Source of the DNA: Chara braunii
Taxonomy: Eukaryota; Plantae; Charophyceae
DNA: 64,000 nt
Assembly: GCA_003427395.1 (NCBI GenBank)
Contig: BFEA01000034.1
Coordinates: 2,200,875 to 2,264,874 of the forward strand
Direction of reading: 5' to 3'
Of the stretch, positions 1 to 12,804 are shown piece by piece. The position numbers and the translations under genes were made by a program. The notes under the pieces were generated by a model. That model was not told the origin of the DNA and made no database searches. It saw only the letters and a program-made list of their open reading frames with translations. Every line of letters begins with the position of its first letter. Position 1 is the stretch's first letter.

Positions 1-3000
1 GATTCAGTGTAAATAATTTTTGTAAAAGACTGAAAGAAATAATAATACTGTGAAACAAAGTGTCATTCTGGTTTGTCTGTCTCTTTGCCTGTCTTTCCTT
101 TCATTTTTCTTTTCTTTGCTCATCTTGTTTCTTCTTCTACTTCACATGCTCATGCTCTTAGTCAATAGTTCTATGACAATATATATACCCACACCTTTTT
201 TTCCAGTAAGACACAGGGAGGCACTAAAACGCAATCGTTGGCCGTAGTGAGTTCGATGAGGCCGCTATCATCAGTCCTCACCTGTGACTCATCTGGTCAA
301 GAGATTAATGCTCTGAGTTGCGTAACTGCTTACTTACGGAAAGTTATGAAGTGAGGAAATGACCCTCATTAAACGTAGGTTGCATACCCCAAATAGGAGT
401 GTCAAGTTCGTAAGAGGAAGCACTCGATGAATAGTCCGTCCACTCGGATTCCTATGCTTGAGGACAGGCGTTTCAGTGCTCGAAGCATGCTTGAGCACCA
501 GCTCGACCTGCCCTATGTTATTTAGTTAATCGGAAAACTGAATCCAATAGCTCCTTCCCTACTTCGCGCCTCGTGGGTATTAGCTTGTCAGACATGAGGT
601 GATATCATTTGCAGCTTCCCCCCCCCTCTTCAACCCTGACTAAGGCACTTTACCACGTATCTGCCCAACAGCGTCATCCACAGTAAAGCAGACACACAAA
701 GCTTTTGCCCTTGCTGTAACTTCTCTGAGGGCTTTACCTCTGGCACGAGACTGATATGCACAGAGGGGTATGGCTAGCTTACAGCCAAACCTCTGCACAA
801 CTAGCAACGGGTTCAGGTGACCTACAGACACAGTTCCTTTTTTCCCTAACCCCAGTATCACAATGCATGAATGCTCAGAAGATTTCCGACTGAGCACATC
901 CCCGCTTTCCGCTGTACTCTTGTACTAGGACCAACCAAGGTGACTGGACTTACAATAGAAGTCCGGCCGCTCATACATTCTTTGAGTATTTCACTGCTGA
1001 GGTTGGAACAGAAAGTCCGTGCCAAACTAGCTGGGCCTACGTGAGAGTTCCTTCCCGAGGTAGTGGTGAAACAAAAGGCCTGTTTAAATAGAGAAGGAGA
1101 ACCAACCGCTTTTTGTTCAATCAAAGCCCCAATTGATCTAGGTTTCACACACAGTAAATGTTACCCTTAAAGATTCGATGACACCTATCTGGATAGATTC
1201 TGCCGGAACTCTTTACCCGGATGGGGTACCAAACTCTCGTGCATCGATTCCACCAGCATGTTGAGCAGCCCTACCCGATCCACCCAGAACTTGCGAACTT
1301 CAAAGGTGAGTTCTCAAATCATGGTTTTTCGTTTAAAGGCACGGGGTAGTGGCTGAGGTGAACTTTCAGTGCGCCAACTAGATCCAAACCAAAACCCCTC
1401 AAATACACCCCATGAGGATTGACAAAACGTTTTTTCAATGTCCATAATTCTGTTGAACCCTGAACACGACCCATACTTATTTTTCTGTCTGATCACGACT
1501 CTAAACATTGATTGCAGTAGTTCGGACCCAAGCGCAATACTGAGGAGCTACCCTGAAACGATTCCACTCAAACATAACACTTAAACACTGAAGCAATTTT
1601 ATCATCCCACAAAGTAGCACGGGTTTTATCATTCGAAATAACTAGCAAAAGAGTAATGGGTAACACCTAATCACCGTCCATCATAAACTTTGCCAACAGA
1701 TAAGCGACTTTCCTATGTACGCGTCGTTTCTTGCCCATCGAACGGGTAATTGAGAACTGAAATAACCACTTTCTCACCCATTATGTAACCCCCAATTTTG
1801 ACTAGCCCTCTCTTTGTCGCTGCCAGTCTTTGCACTTTCCATATTCTACCCGAAGGCCTTTTGGCGAGAGCTTAGATGGCAATTCCCCATCAAGGAGCGC
1901 TACTAAGCTCGCCTGTTTTGACCTAGTAGGCTAGATTACAAAAGGTGATTGAGTACCAGGCACAATAACACGTAATGAGACACTACGCAGATAGAAAAAG
2001 TAAGGACAATCGCGCTATTGAAGAGATCATATCAACAGCTAGCACCTCCAAAAATGTCGTGCATGACCATCGGCTCATTCATACACTCCAACTAGCCCCA
2101 AGAAGTCCCCGCCTTCCGAAACGAAATCATACCCAATCCGACTCACTAAGTCGAAACGACAGAACACTGAAACGATGAAGACTTACCTTTCTAATTAGAT
2201 GCATATGATTGGTCCTCTGTGACAGATACCACATGCTCACGTTCAACGTGTTATTCCGAGTCCACTGGCCACTTACTGAAAATAGGTCATCGATGAACTT
2301 TGATACGCGGTTGCACCACCATAGATGGTTGACATCGACAGCACGACCGATAAAACGTGCTTATTGGGGAAATCAGAGTAGTCGTAACAGGGCGGTGCTC
2401 GAGTTTGCAATGTCGGTTCAAACAGATGCAACTCTCACTCTGCCAATAGTGACCTTACTAATTCCTCGCTAGTTCAACTCTTTTGAAAGGGCGAGAACGA
2501 CGGAAATAGAGCTCACATTTTAGGAAATGCCAATGGTCTCAGCATGACTAGCGCCATAAGCGCTCGCGTACAACAGCTAGTGGTCAAAATCTGATTTCCT
2601 CCCATAATGTCTGCTGGTGGTTCCCTACCGGCTCGTTCCCCTGCCCCGTTACACGTGACTCAAGCTAGCGAGCGCAGAGAGAACAAGCTGATACCATGAA
2701 CCAGGTGACGTCAACCAGAATAGGGAGTGCAATGGTCAGTCCTCGCTGGTTCCTTTCGCGTAGTTAATCAACAGGGGTCGGACGACATCAATCCACGAAG
2801 TCACGAGTCGTCGCCGGAAAGTCATGTGCGTTGATCAGCTCTCGTCGTGACTTCATTCTCACGCTCCTTACGTCTGAAAGTAAGCAAGAAAATTGTCTGT
2901 GCCAAGTGGCTAATGATTAGCGTAGACAGAGGGAAACCCGTCTTTTGTCTCACTTTCTTAACTGTCATGCAAGCGCCCCTCTCAACCGTGACTCTTGCCC

Positions 3001-3416
3001 CATCATCAGTGATGATGTCAAATTAGTGCCGTGTCCATAGCCCTGGCTCACCAAGCTGAACGTACCCGCTGTGTTACTCTCACCGCTGTTTCTCTCTCTC
3101 CGCGACTCTCTGCGCGCGTTGACCTCTTTCCGCGCGTCCTCTCCCACTTTTCCTCTCTGTCTGTCTTTGACGACCTTCTCAGTCCTGCCTCCCTCGCCCT
3201 TGAGCACGACCGCTGTAAGTTCCCTCTAACTACCTTACCGCGTTGCCCCTTGCTCGCCGACACTCGTCGTTCTCCCCTCTGTTGTGAACTCGCCCTCTGG
3301 CTACTCTCTTGCACCACGCTTCCTCGGCGTGTGACGCTCTGGCTTGCACGTGTGTTGACCTCTCCTCGCTCCCCCGGACTGCCACGTGGAGAGTGTGTGT
3401 CGCGTGTCCCTTTCAC

Positions 3417-3960
3417 TCACACCCCTTTTCCTGTCCTCCATCCTCTGGGACGCCACTGCCGCCCGCTGGTCTCGGCCCCGCTCTCCCCAGGTCTTGCCAG
3501 GGGGTGGTTTTTGCGGACCTGGCCTGGCCTGTTCCAGGACTGAAGGTCCGTCTGCCGGTCTCCTGCCTCGCTCATCTCGCTCTCCCCACATGAGTCCCGG
3601 TCCAGATGGGCTTGTTCCAGGTCTGCTGTGTCCATCGAGGTCTCGGTCTCATGATACGAGACCATTACCTGCATTTTTGTTGTCACTCCGTCCCTCCTAT
3701 AGAGCCTCTCCACACGATCCTTTGCCTCCGTGATCGCGGCCTGTAGCTTTGGGTCAGTCTGCATCTCCACCTCCTTAGCCCCTTCCACGTTAATCTTCAG
3801 TCTCACTTCGTCACCCCCATCGTAATTGAGCATCACCGTGATCCAGGGCCCTTCCCTAGACATAGGCTTCCAGCGAGCCTGGTGGTACAAGATTACCAGT
3901 AGCCCGGTCTATAGCCATGCAACGCCATAGCCAAGCCTTTCTCAGCGGACCTCGCACAAC
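3417..3960 (-). pseudogene. Unknown conserved ORF, antisense to element C, upstream of its LTR terminus
   Basis: The translation (LHGYRP..RWKPMSREGPWITVMLNYDGGDEVRLKINVEGA..HLDRDS..QVRKNHP) aligns in frame with the ORF at 59406-59993. Confidence 0.65.
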
Positions 3961-4667
3961 ACAAGTCAGCCCTCTCAGAATAGTAGGTCACCACTAGAAC
4001 ACACGCAGTAGACTTCTCACAGGGCCCACAAAAACGTTGTAGAAGCGTTCAGCAGGGAACAACGTTCTGGCTTCTCAGAGCAGGGAGGGCACACCTCATG
4101 CACACCATGCAACTCCATTCCCCTCTTTTCCTTATAGCCTAAGATCCCTGTTTTCTAAACGCGAGATAACTCTCAGAGTTCTAAGCTCTAACAATTTACG
4201 AGATCATAATTAATAGAATAGATAAGAATAAATTAAAATAAACAGAAGAATGGCGTGGAGCAAAACACCAACAGTCACAATGCCTACCCCAACTTTCGGC
4301 CACTAGTCGTTCACTTTAATCGTGAAGTGACCACAGACTCTACACTCTGGTCCCATAACAAGATACTTCCGGCGTATTTTCCCTTTCAAAAGGCACCCTC
4401 AGACTATCTCTGATGGGTATCCGTGTCCGATGGTAAGGAGGGGGTTCATGACTTTCTATAGGGGGTGATGAACCTCCTGCTGATGCGGCCTCGGGTCGCC
4501 CTTCTTTTGGGGTCCTGTCGCGCGGCGCCCGATCGGGCCTCCCAACCGTCCGTACCGAAGAGACAGGCCAAGTCAGTCAGGGCCACAGACTGCAGCCGCG
4601 CTCGAATTTTGAGCCGTTCGACTTCCCGCGAAGCAACAAAGGGAATGGCATTAGAAAAAGACCTAAC

Positions 4668-4673
4668 AGTAAC

Positions 4674-4757
<84 letters not shown>
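4668..4757. repeat. (AAT)n microsatellite
   Basis: Direct inspection; homologous (TAT)n tract at 58715-58767. Confidence 0.95.
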
Positions 4758-4759
<2 letters not shown>

Positions 4760-5499
4760 CAAAGAAATAAAAGGAAACATAGTGCTCAGATTTCTCTTCT
4801 ACCCTCGAACACAGCTACCGGGCCCCAACGCTTGGTCCAGGCGTCCGCACGGGTTGTCGCTACCACACCCCAGCACCTGGTCCGGATCACAACCACTAAC
4901 ACTAGACAGTCCCTTCAACTCCGATCAGGCCAGGCTATTCGGCAGCGACCGCGGCTGGGAAATTAGACCGCCGGCCAACCCCAAATTAAAGCAAGAACTT
5001 AGGCCCTCGCATAGACTTGACAATTAGTTTTTATTTTTCTTCTCTCATATTGTCTTTCCTTTTTTACTTCCCCCTTCTTGGTCTTTTTTCTATCTGACAG
5101 CGACATATGTCGCGCACACCTAACCCATAACCTGGTTAGGGTGTGATCGGCGCGCTGTAGAAATAACAGCGCCGGTCTTTCCAACTTCGCGTCCCAGGAT
5201 GAACCCGACGGCTACCGTGGCCACAGGCCGGTAGTGCTCTGCTGTACAGCAGGGCGCCGAGCCTGCACGGACCAATGGAAAGCACTGTGGCACACCCCTT
5301 TTGCTGGGGGCAGGCAGCAACAAGACTGATCTATAAACAGGGTCCCACTCGGGTATACCATGAGTGTTACACAGGTTTGGAGACAACCCGATGAGCAGCG
5401 AGCGCTCAGGTAAGGGACAGGCACTGGGCAGGTGCCTGGCACGTGGAGGAGGGTCGGGACACCGCGCCCTCCAACAGCGGGACCGCCGCGCGCGACAGG

Positions 5500-5517
5500 T
5501 GGCGCCGTTGCCAGGGA
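5500..5517 (+). promoter_or_regulatory. Primer-binding site (tRNA-Asp) of element C
   Basis: TGGCGCCGTTGCCAGGGA, 2 nt after the LTR-terminal CA; complementary (1 mismatch) to the plant tRNA-Asp 3' end ...UCCCCGGCAACGGCGCCA. Confidence 0.85.
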
Positions 5518-6739
5518 CCTTCGGTTGCCTGCCGGGGTCCTATGTGAACGGGCCTGGGTCTGGTTAATTGAAGCCCTAGCAAAACGATAAGTGAAAAAAT
5601 AGAATAGCATATAAGCTTTCACTGGGTAGTGGGAGTAAGACTATAAATTAATAGTTGGTACGAGCTTTGTGTTGGAATAGGTGTTTTAAGACACGACAAG
5701 TACAAATTGAAATACCCTGTATAGCATCTCGGCAAGTTTCAGTTTGTACGCCCCCTGGAAGATACTGGTTCCTTTTGTCTGCTGAAAAGGGAGCATATAG
5801 AATCATCCGTAGCGAAAAACCTAATCTACATAATAGAAATTGATGAGACCGCTTAAGAGGTTCTTCCCTACGATAGTCCCTTCTAGTTGTGACACTTCCT
5901 CCTATTTTTCATTCATCAAGTAGGTAACCTATGTTACACAGTCACTTTGATATTCTGTAGTCTTAGGCATTACCTCGATTAGATACCTAGGGTACTCTAG
6001 AAGACAGAAAAAACATTGATTTCAAACATAGCATAAATTTCCATGATTCGCAAGGTTTCTCAAATGCATCAAAGTTTTTGACTTTTTCATGTCCCTTTCA
6101 GAAATAATTACATAAAATAAAATATGGAAAAGACTGACCATAAACGTAAAGCATTTTTCAAACTATACGAGTCACATTTCATCCTATCGTTCTTGAACTC
6201 TTAGGCGTTTTTCTAAGCATCCTAGTTCAAGACTCGATGACACAAACTGTACACATATCCAAGATACACATTTCATCAACCAAAACCAAACACTGGATTA
6301 TCTCAATTGTGAAAGTGCAAGTGTTCATGTTTACCATCGGTATACCTCATAAATAAGTTCAGAACAAAGAAAATCAACTGAATACAAAATATAAGATCAA
6401 GATAATCCTTTCTGAAACATGAAATTTCATCACAAAAATTAATCACCCGTCTCATGTATCACCCGAATACAAATGTCGAGCCAGAAAAATATAAGGGACA
6501 TAACAAAATCCCCTAAGACTAATGAGTGTGGATAAAAATGGAGCACGCACTCTGTGACTGACAAAAAACACTATATCTGAAATTATATCTTAGAAGAATA
6601 GATAACACACTCACCACACTTTTTTCTCTACCCTCAATCACTAATATACAATGTCCTTTCTAAAAGAAAAACATAAGAATCCTATCGAGAGATATTTTAC
6701 TTTAATCCTCTAAAGTGAGTCACAACTGCTCATACAATT

Positions 6740-8698
6740 GGACTTTGAATCCTTCCTTGATTCTCTTAATCAGGTTTTCTCTTCTATCAATGAGTCTGTT
6801 GTTTTCATCGAGGTCGATAAACCCTTTAGCCCTATCTGTCTTATATCCAGGACACTCATTTCTCCTATGAATCTCCTTCATACAGTATCAGCAAAACTTC
6901 CTTTCCTCCTCCTTTGTTCTTTTTGCAGATGATGGAAGATCCTGAGATGTCGTCCCGATTAACATTTCAAGATAAAACTTTTTTTTATCCTGTTCCCTTC
7001 CGTTATCAGTCAGGGAGAATTTTTCAACATTTTCACCAGGCGAGGTGACAATTCCAACCACTACCCCTTCGTCTTGTTTATCATCAAGTTTTTCCACTTC
7101 TCCTTCCTGTTTTTTATCTTTCTCTTTGTCCTTTGCCCCTTTAATGTCTCCTGTTTCGATTTTCGCCTGAATATCCATTTTGGACTTCTTCAATGCTTCT
7201 TCCACCTTTTTTCATCTCTTTTCCCATTTCTCGCTTTCTTGTCTTCTCTCATTATTCTCAGACTCAATTGTTTTATCTTGCTCACTAATTTTTACCTCCA
7301 ACTTACCAATATTTTTTTCCAACCTCTCTTTCTCCATTTTCTCCGTCTCCACCTCCTTGCTCTTATCATTAAGAGCAGTACTTAGTGACTCAACCTTCAA
7401 TTCCAACTTCCCTTGTTCAACTCTTGCCTTCCTTACCTCACCTTTCAAACTTTTTGCTTCCCTCTCCATCCTTGTCCACTGCATTTTTATTTTGTCTTCT
7501 CTCGCCCTTAACCTCTGAATTTGCTTCAGAATTTCAGGAATGTGGTTTGCCACCCCTTGCGTGAGTAACTCCGTCTTCTCCTTTATCCTGTCTTGGAGTT
7601 CCTGAATGAGGATTTTCAATTCCCTCTTCCTTCCTTCCTTCCTTCTTCCTTCTTCCACCTTTTCCAGCTTATTGGCCACTTTTGCTTCTTCTTCAAGGAA
7701 TCATTCACAATCTTCCCTCAGCATCTCATGGAGCCGGATTAATCTGTTTACATAAGACGTCAGTTTGGAACTTACCACAATCTCAGAGAGCAGTACTTTC
7801 TCCAGTTTTAGGCTCCAGGGTGCGTCCAAAGGCAACTCTTGTTCTCTTAACAGGGCAACGACTTGGTTCCTTCACTCTTGGTTGCTTTGTTTTCTCTTTT
7901 GCCTCTCTTCATCTGTCAATCTCCTCCATCCCTATTCCTTTGGAGGTTCTTCTGAAGTAGTTGCTTTAGCATTTCCTGATGGTCCTGCCTCTTCAACTTT
8001 CTCCTCATCCTTTTTCTTTTCTTTCCCTTCCTTCACCTTCTCACTTCCCTTCTTCTCCTTTCGAGACATGTCACTACCTTCCACTTCCTTCTCAACGCAT
8101 TTCCCCCTTCCTTGCGATTTAGCCTCCTTCACTGAGCCACTTCCATCTTGAGTCCTTGCCTTATCATCCCTTTGTTGAGGAGATGTCTCGTCTCCTTCAT
8201 TCGTCCTCTGACCTTTCTCACTACTTCAGATTCCCTCGGTGCTATTCTTGTCATCAACTGTTCTAACTTCTTATTTTCTCCCCATCTCCTTTTCTCTGCA
8301 AAAAGATCGATACTGTCTTCAAAGTCTTCCAAATTCGTACCATCGAAGATGATGTCATCTTCGATCTCATCCTTTGTCAAATCCCCATATTTAGCCCACA
8401 TTTCAGCTTTGAAGGTCATCCATCCCAGACAATCTGAGACAATCTCATCCATCTCCTTGTTGCATTCTCCCAACCCTGTTACTTTAAGTAACATGAGTTG
8501 AGTATCCCATTCCCTCCTGAAGGCATACTCTTCAAACTCCCTCAGGAACATTCTGAAAGTGTCCTCTTTCTTGTACACTGGCATCCCATCAAAATCCTTT
8601 GTCACCTGCCGCAACCTCTGTTGTCCTTCCCTGCCCGAAATTGGCCTGGAAGTCCCCGTCATCCCTCCCTTCTGTGTCATTGCCGCTCCTTCTTTCAA
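6740..8698 (-). pseudogene. A ORF3: extra sense ORF downstream of pol (gag-capsid-like repeats plus coiled coil)
   Basis: Fragments 8129-8698, 7932-8132, 7212-7679 and 6888-7205. The N-terminus (MPVYKKEDTFRMFLREFEEYAFRREW...FDGTNLEDFEDSIDLFAEKRRW) is homologous to B ORF 34743-35714. Confidence 0.75.
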
Positions 8699-8835
8699 GA
8701 TTATGCCCGCACACAGAAAAAGAAAAAGAGGTTGGTGGACGCGAAACGGTGTTAGCAGGAGGGTAACAATATCAAATTTTGCAATGATTCTATCACAAGG
8801 TGTTTTAAGGGTATCAAGTTGTTTTTATTTTAGCT

Positions 8836-11800
8836 TCAAGTTTTAACCTCCTGCCTTACTCGAAATTTCTTCAACCTTGACCCAGAAACCCAATCTCGTC
8901 TTGATGTCTCATCCATCTCTTCTAGTTCATAGGCTCCATGATTCCCCTGACGTCGAACTCTGTAGGGCCCCAACAATCTCTTATCCAACTTTCTTGACCA
9001 CTGTTTCTCCAGGGATGAATCGTATAATAGTACTTCGTCCCCAATCGTCAGTGGTTCGTTTCTTACACGAGGAAGCCGATCTCATCTCTCGTTGTCTTTC
9101 CCATGACTGTCAGTCACCTTCTCGACTGCCTCCTGAATCCTTTCTTCTGTAACACTGACTTGCCTAGCTCTGATGTGAATTTCGCGATTACCCCAAGGTC
9201 ATCCAACAATTTCTTCACTTCTCCACATGTGAATTTCGATCCTCTATCCATTGTAAACTCTATCACGAAGGGGTATCGAAGGTAATATTACTTGATACAA
9301 TCAGCCAAGACTGCTCTAGTTTTGGTTCGGATGGATTTTCCATCAACAAACCCCGTAAGGTTATCTCTTGCATCAAAGATATAATTATATCCTCCAAGCC
9401 CCAACGGCATTGCCAGAAGATCCTGGTGGATCACTGCCCCCACATCTTTGATATTACCTTTGATGTAGAGGTTCCTTGTATCGGATCGGAGATCTGACTT
9501 GGCAAGGGACGCACGGCTCGCAGTATTTCCGAATCATCCCGTACATACCTTCCCAAAAATACAGTTCGGTCACCTTTTTGATGGTAGTGTCAAAACTCCT
9601 GTGACCACCTACGGGTCCATCGTGAAGAGCTGTTATGACATCGATCTTCCGATTTCTGCCACAAGTGACTCTCCTGGGAGGTCCCCTTTTATCCCTGATG
9701 AAGAGATGACTTCCCCTTACTATGTAGTGATCTCTCATGCGAAGAGTTTTTCCACTGACATCCCTTTCTCGCTTATCGCCGGAGAGAAGAAGTCTTATTT
9801 CTAGATGAAATCCGTCATATTCTTCTTCCCGGAAATCTTCCGAGATTTCACCCTGCTCAAACTGTTTTTCTTCCATCTCCTCATCAAACTCATGATCATC
9901 TCTCAACACTATCTCGTCTGCCTTTACTATCTCTCCTTCATTCTCAATCTGAACTTGCAGGAGCGAGTTGACAAGATAGTGTGCTTTTCCCATCGTCAGT
10001 AGGTGTTGATCCACTTGTCTTGCTCCTGCCTCAATTGTTACCGGATCGTTTGTCAACCTGTAGTTTTCTGCCAAAGTCAGTTCCACAATCCACTCTCCAT
10101 TCCTTTCTCCCCATGGGTCTTCTTCAACGAAAGGTCTCAACACCAACCCTTCAATTTTCACAAAGTTGGTGGCGCAAACTACATGGGTTTTCCTCTCCTT
10201 GCTTCCTTATCATTGACACTTAGTTCTCATGAGTTCACATGAAGCTGCAGATCGTCTTCATCCAGGAATCCATCTACTGGTGGCGTTTCTTCCTTGGTAT
10301 CTCCAGGCTTTTCTCATGCTATCCTGCTTAACCCATCAGCCCTGTTTTTGTTTCCTGGGATATGTTCCAACTGAAAATCAAACATGCAGATGTATGTGAG
10401 TCATCTAACGATTGTAGGATTCGTGGGTGGAAAATTATTGAGGGAATACATAAGGGCAGTCGGATCTATCCTCAGGACGAATCTTCTCCCGTAGAGGTAG
10501 TGTCTAAAAACACGTAGGCAAAAGGTCTTTCCTTCCTTTCAAAATCTGTCTGTATCAGAACTCCTCGCAAGGCAGTGGGTCCGACATCAGTCCCTATGAT
10601 GAAGGGTCGCTCTATAACGGCTTCATAGTCTGGGACCCCCAACGCAAGACCTCCTTCCTCAAATTCCTTCTTCAAAATTTTCACTACTTGTTCTTGCTTC
10701 TCCCCCTATACCCGTTCCTGATTCTGTCTTACCAACATTCTCACATGTTCCGTCTTAGCAGCAAACTTCTCGATGAATATCCTTCAAAATCCGAACGTCC
10801 CAAGGAAACACCTCACCTCACTTATGTTCCTAAATGGCGTCGGTCACAAAATAATTTTGTTCGTTTTCCTGGTATCTGGGCGACGTCCCTGCCCATTGCA
10901 TACAAAGTCCAATATGGTGGTCTCTCTCATTCAGTGTCGAGACTTGGCTCCGCTTGCCATGAGGTTATATTCCTGTAACAGATCAAGCACCTTTCTGAGA
11001 TCATTGACATGATCCCAGACAAATTTTCTTATGCAAGGTGCAATCTCTTGTTCATCCTTCATCATTGGGCCTTTTATTGCAAGATCATCGATATAGGGTT
11101 CAGTAATCCGCGGACTGATCGGCTGCATAACCCTAATCATGCTTCGTTGTACCATGACTACCACGTTCGTCCATCCTTGGGGTGCCACGTTTATGTGAAT
11201 CAGTCCTCTTGGAGTGTGCATTGCAGTATTTGTCTATCGGCTAAATAAACTGGAAACTGGTCGTAAGCAGAGTACAGATCTATAAGCGAGATAGTAAACC
11301 TTTTTGCACATGCTTCAGAGAGTTGATCAGCGTTGGGGAGCCCTCCAACATCCCTAACTGTCACAACATTCAACCTTTACAAATCTTGCACCCACATGAG
11401 TACCCCATTCGGCTTAATGAAGCAGAACCACGGTGAGGCATAAGGTCCGCTAGAAAAACCTGCCACGTGAGAGTCAATCTTTCCATCAAGATATTCCACC
11501 ACCCTTCTCTGATCATCGGGATTTGGGTACTTGTCTCCTCTAATATTCCAAGGTTGATGTGAAACCGTGTGGATCATCCCTATCTTGTCTACATCCAACC
11601 TTTCTTTCTGGTCATCATTAAAGGCATAGGCGCAATGCTTCTCTTTCAATACGTCGATCACTAACGCCTTTTCCTGCTTAGTCAAAAACTCAGGTTCTTC
11701 AATGATCAAGTCTTTCTCAGTGTCTTCGTTAACACGGCAGGACTCTGCTCCTCATTTCTCCCTCATTTGTCTTATCAATTCTCTCTCTTGCTCATAGTAC

Positions 11801-12802
11801 ACTCCTTCTTCATGCGTTACTAAAACCGAAACTGGGTGACCTTTTTTGGCTACCGTCTTGTACCTCCTTTTTCCCCCTTGCTTGAGCCCACCCCTAAAAA
11901 ATGTTGACCGCTAGCTTGGGCATAAGGTCCCTGCATTTTCTCCTCTCGAGGGGGCGGTCTGTATATCAATTTCATCCTCCCTCCTTCAGGGTAATCATAC
12001 AGCTTGTCAGCCAAAGGCCAAATTGCCTCTGGCTCCACCATATCATAAGCGGATACCATGTACATTGCTTGGTCTATGTTAGCCAGACTTAATGCTAACC
12101 CTTCACTTTCTTCTTCCTCATCTTCCTTATCAGATCCTCATTTTAATTCTTTTATACTATTTTCAGACTCCTCAAAAGTATATGACCCAGCATTGAGCTG
12201 GTTCTTTGAGCTATGGGGACCTGTATTTTTACAGGTAATGAGCTCGAAGTTCCCACAGACAGGGTCACACTGGATCACCAACATAATATTATCATGCTTG
12301 TTCATGATGAGGGCTTCTGATCGTGATAAGAAAGATATTCCTAGTAATATGGGAAGATTCAGGTTAGGCATGATATAGAAGCAGGAGCGGACTCTTACAC
12401 TTCCTACTTCCACGACTACATTTGATGCAATACCACTGTATCCTGATTTTTCACTAACCCCATTGAGAAACTCGAAATCTCTCCTGTCGATTTCTAATCC
12501 TAGCCTTTTTCAGAATTCATAATGTTCATTTCTTCTTCTGTATCCACCATCCCAGGGCATCCTTTCCCTCTGATATTGACATCAATGGACCCTGTTCCCA
12601 CAGATTTCCATTTCATCTTGCTTCCAGCTACTGTCCAGTTCGCCTCTTTGGTAATTAGATCTCCCAATCTCACTGTCGCTAATCTCTTTCGTGTCAACTT
12701 CGCTTTTACTAACTCTCTGAGTTTCGGTGCGATTGCCAAAATCTCCTTCAAATTTAACAACTCATTATGTCCATCAAGAAGCTTGTGTACCAAATTTTTC
12801 AA
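8836..12802 (-). pseudogene. pol: A pol: aspartic protease, reverse transcriptase, RNase H, integrase (disrupted)
   Basis: Protease-site variant GMVDTE plus ILLG (12138-12802). RT: GPYASPWF, APQGWTN, PYIDDL (10931-11709). RNase H: FIIGTDVG..GVLIQ (10472-10684). Integrase zinc finger LHDGPVGGH...CEPCVPCQ (9454-10161) and a C-terminal GPY-like motif. Confidence 0.93.
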
Positions 12803-12804
12803 GT

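Larger units (their letters stand above)
2965..5880 (+). mobile_element. Element C: LTR 3' part, PBS and 5' leader of a related gypsy element in + orientation (truncated, no coding region seen)
   Basis: The LTR end ...GGGACCGCCGCGCGCGACA (CA at 5496-5497) is followed by GG and a PBS. 5200-5880 is the reverse complement homolog of 18250-18979 (A's LTR end and leader). 3400-4780 is the reverse complement homolog of 58675-59950. The left boundary is not resolved. Confidence 0.75.

Noticed and set aside
1-2900. Short ORFs at the left end as host genes
   Set aside because: No recognisable domains or internal homologs; left unannotated.
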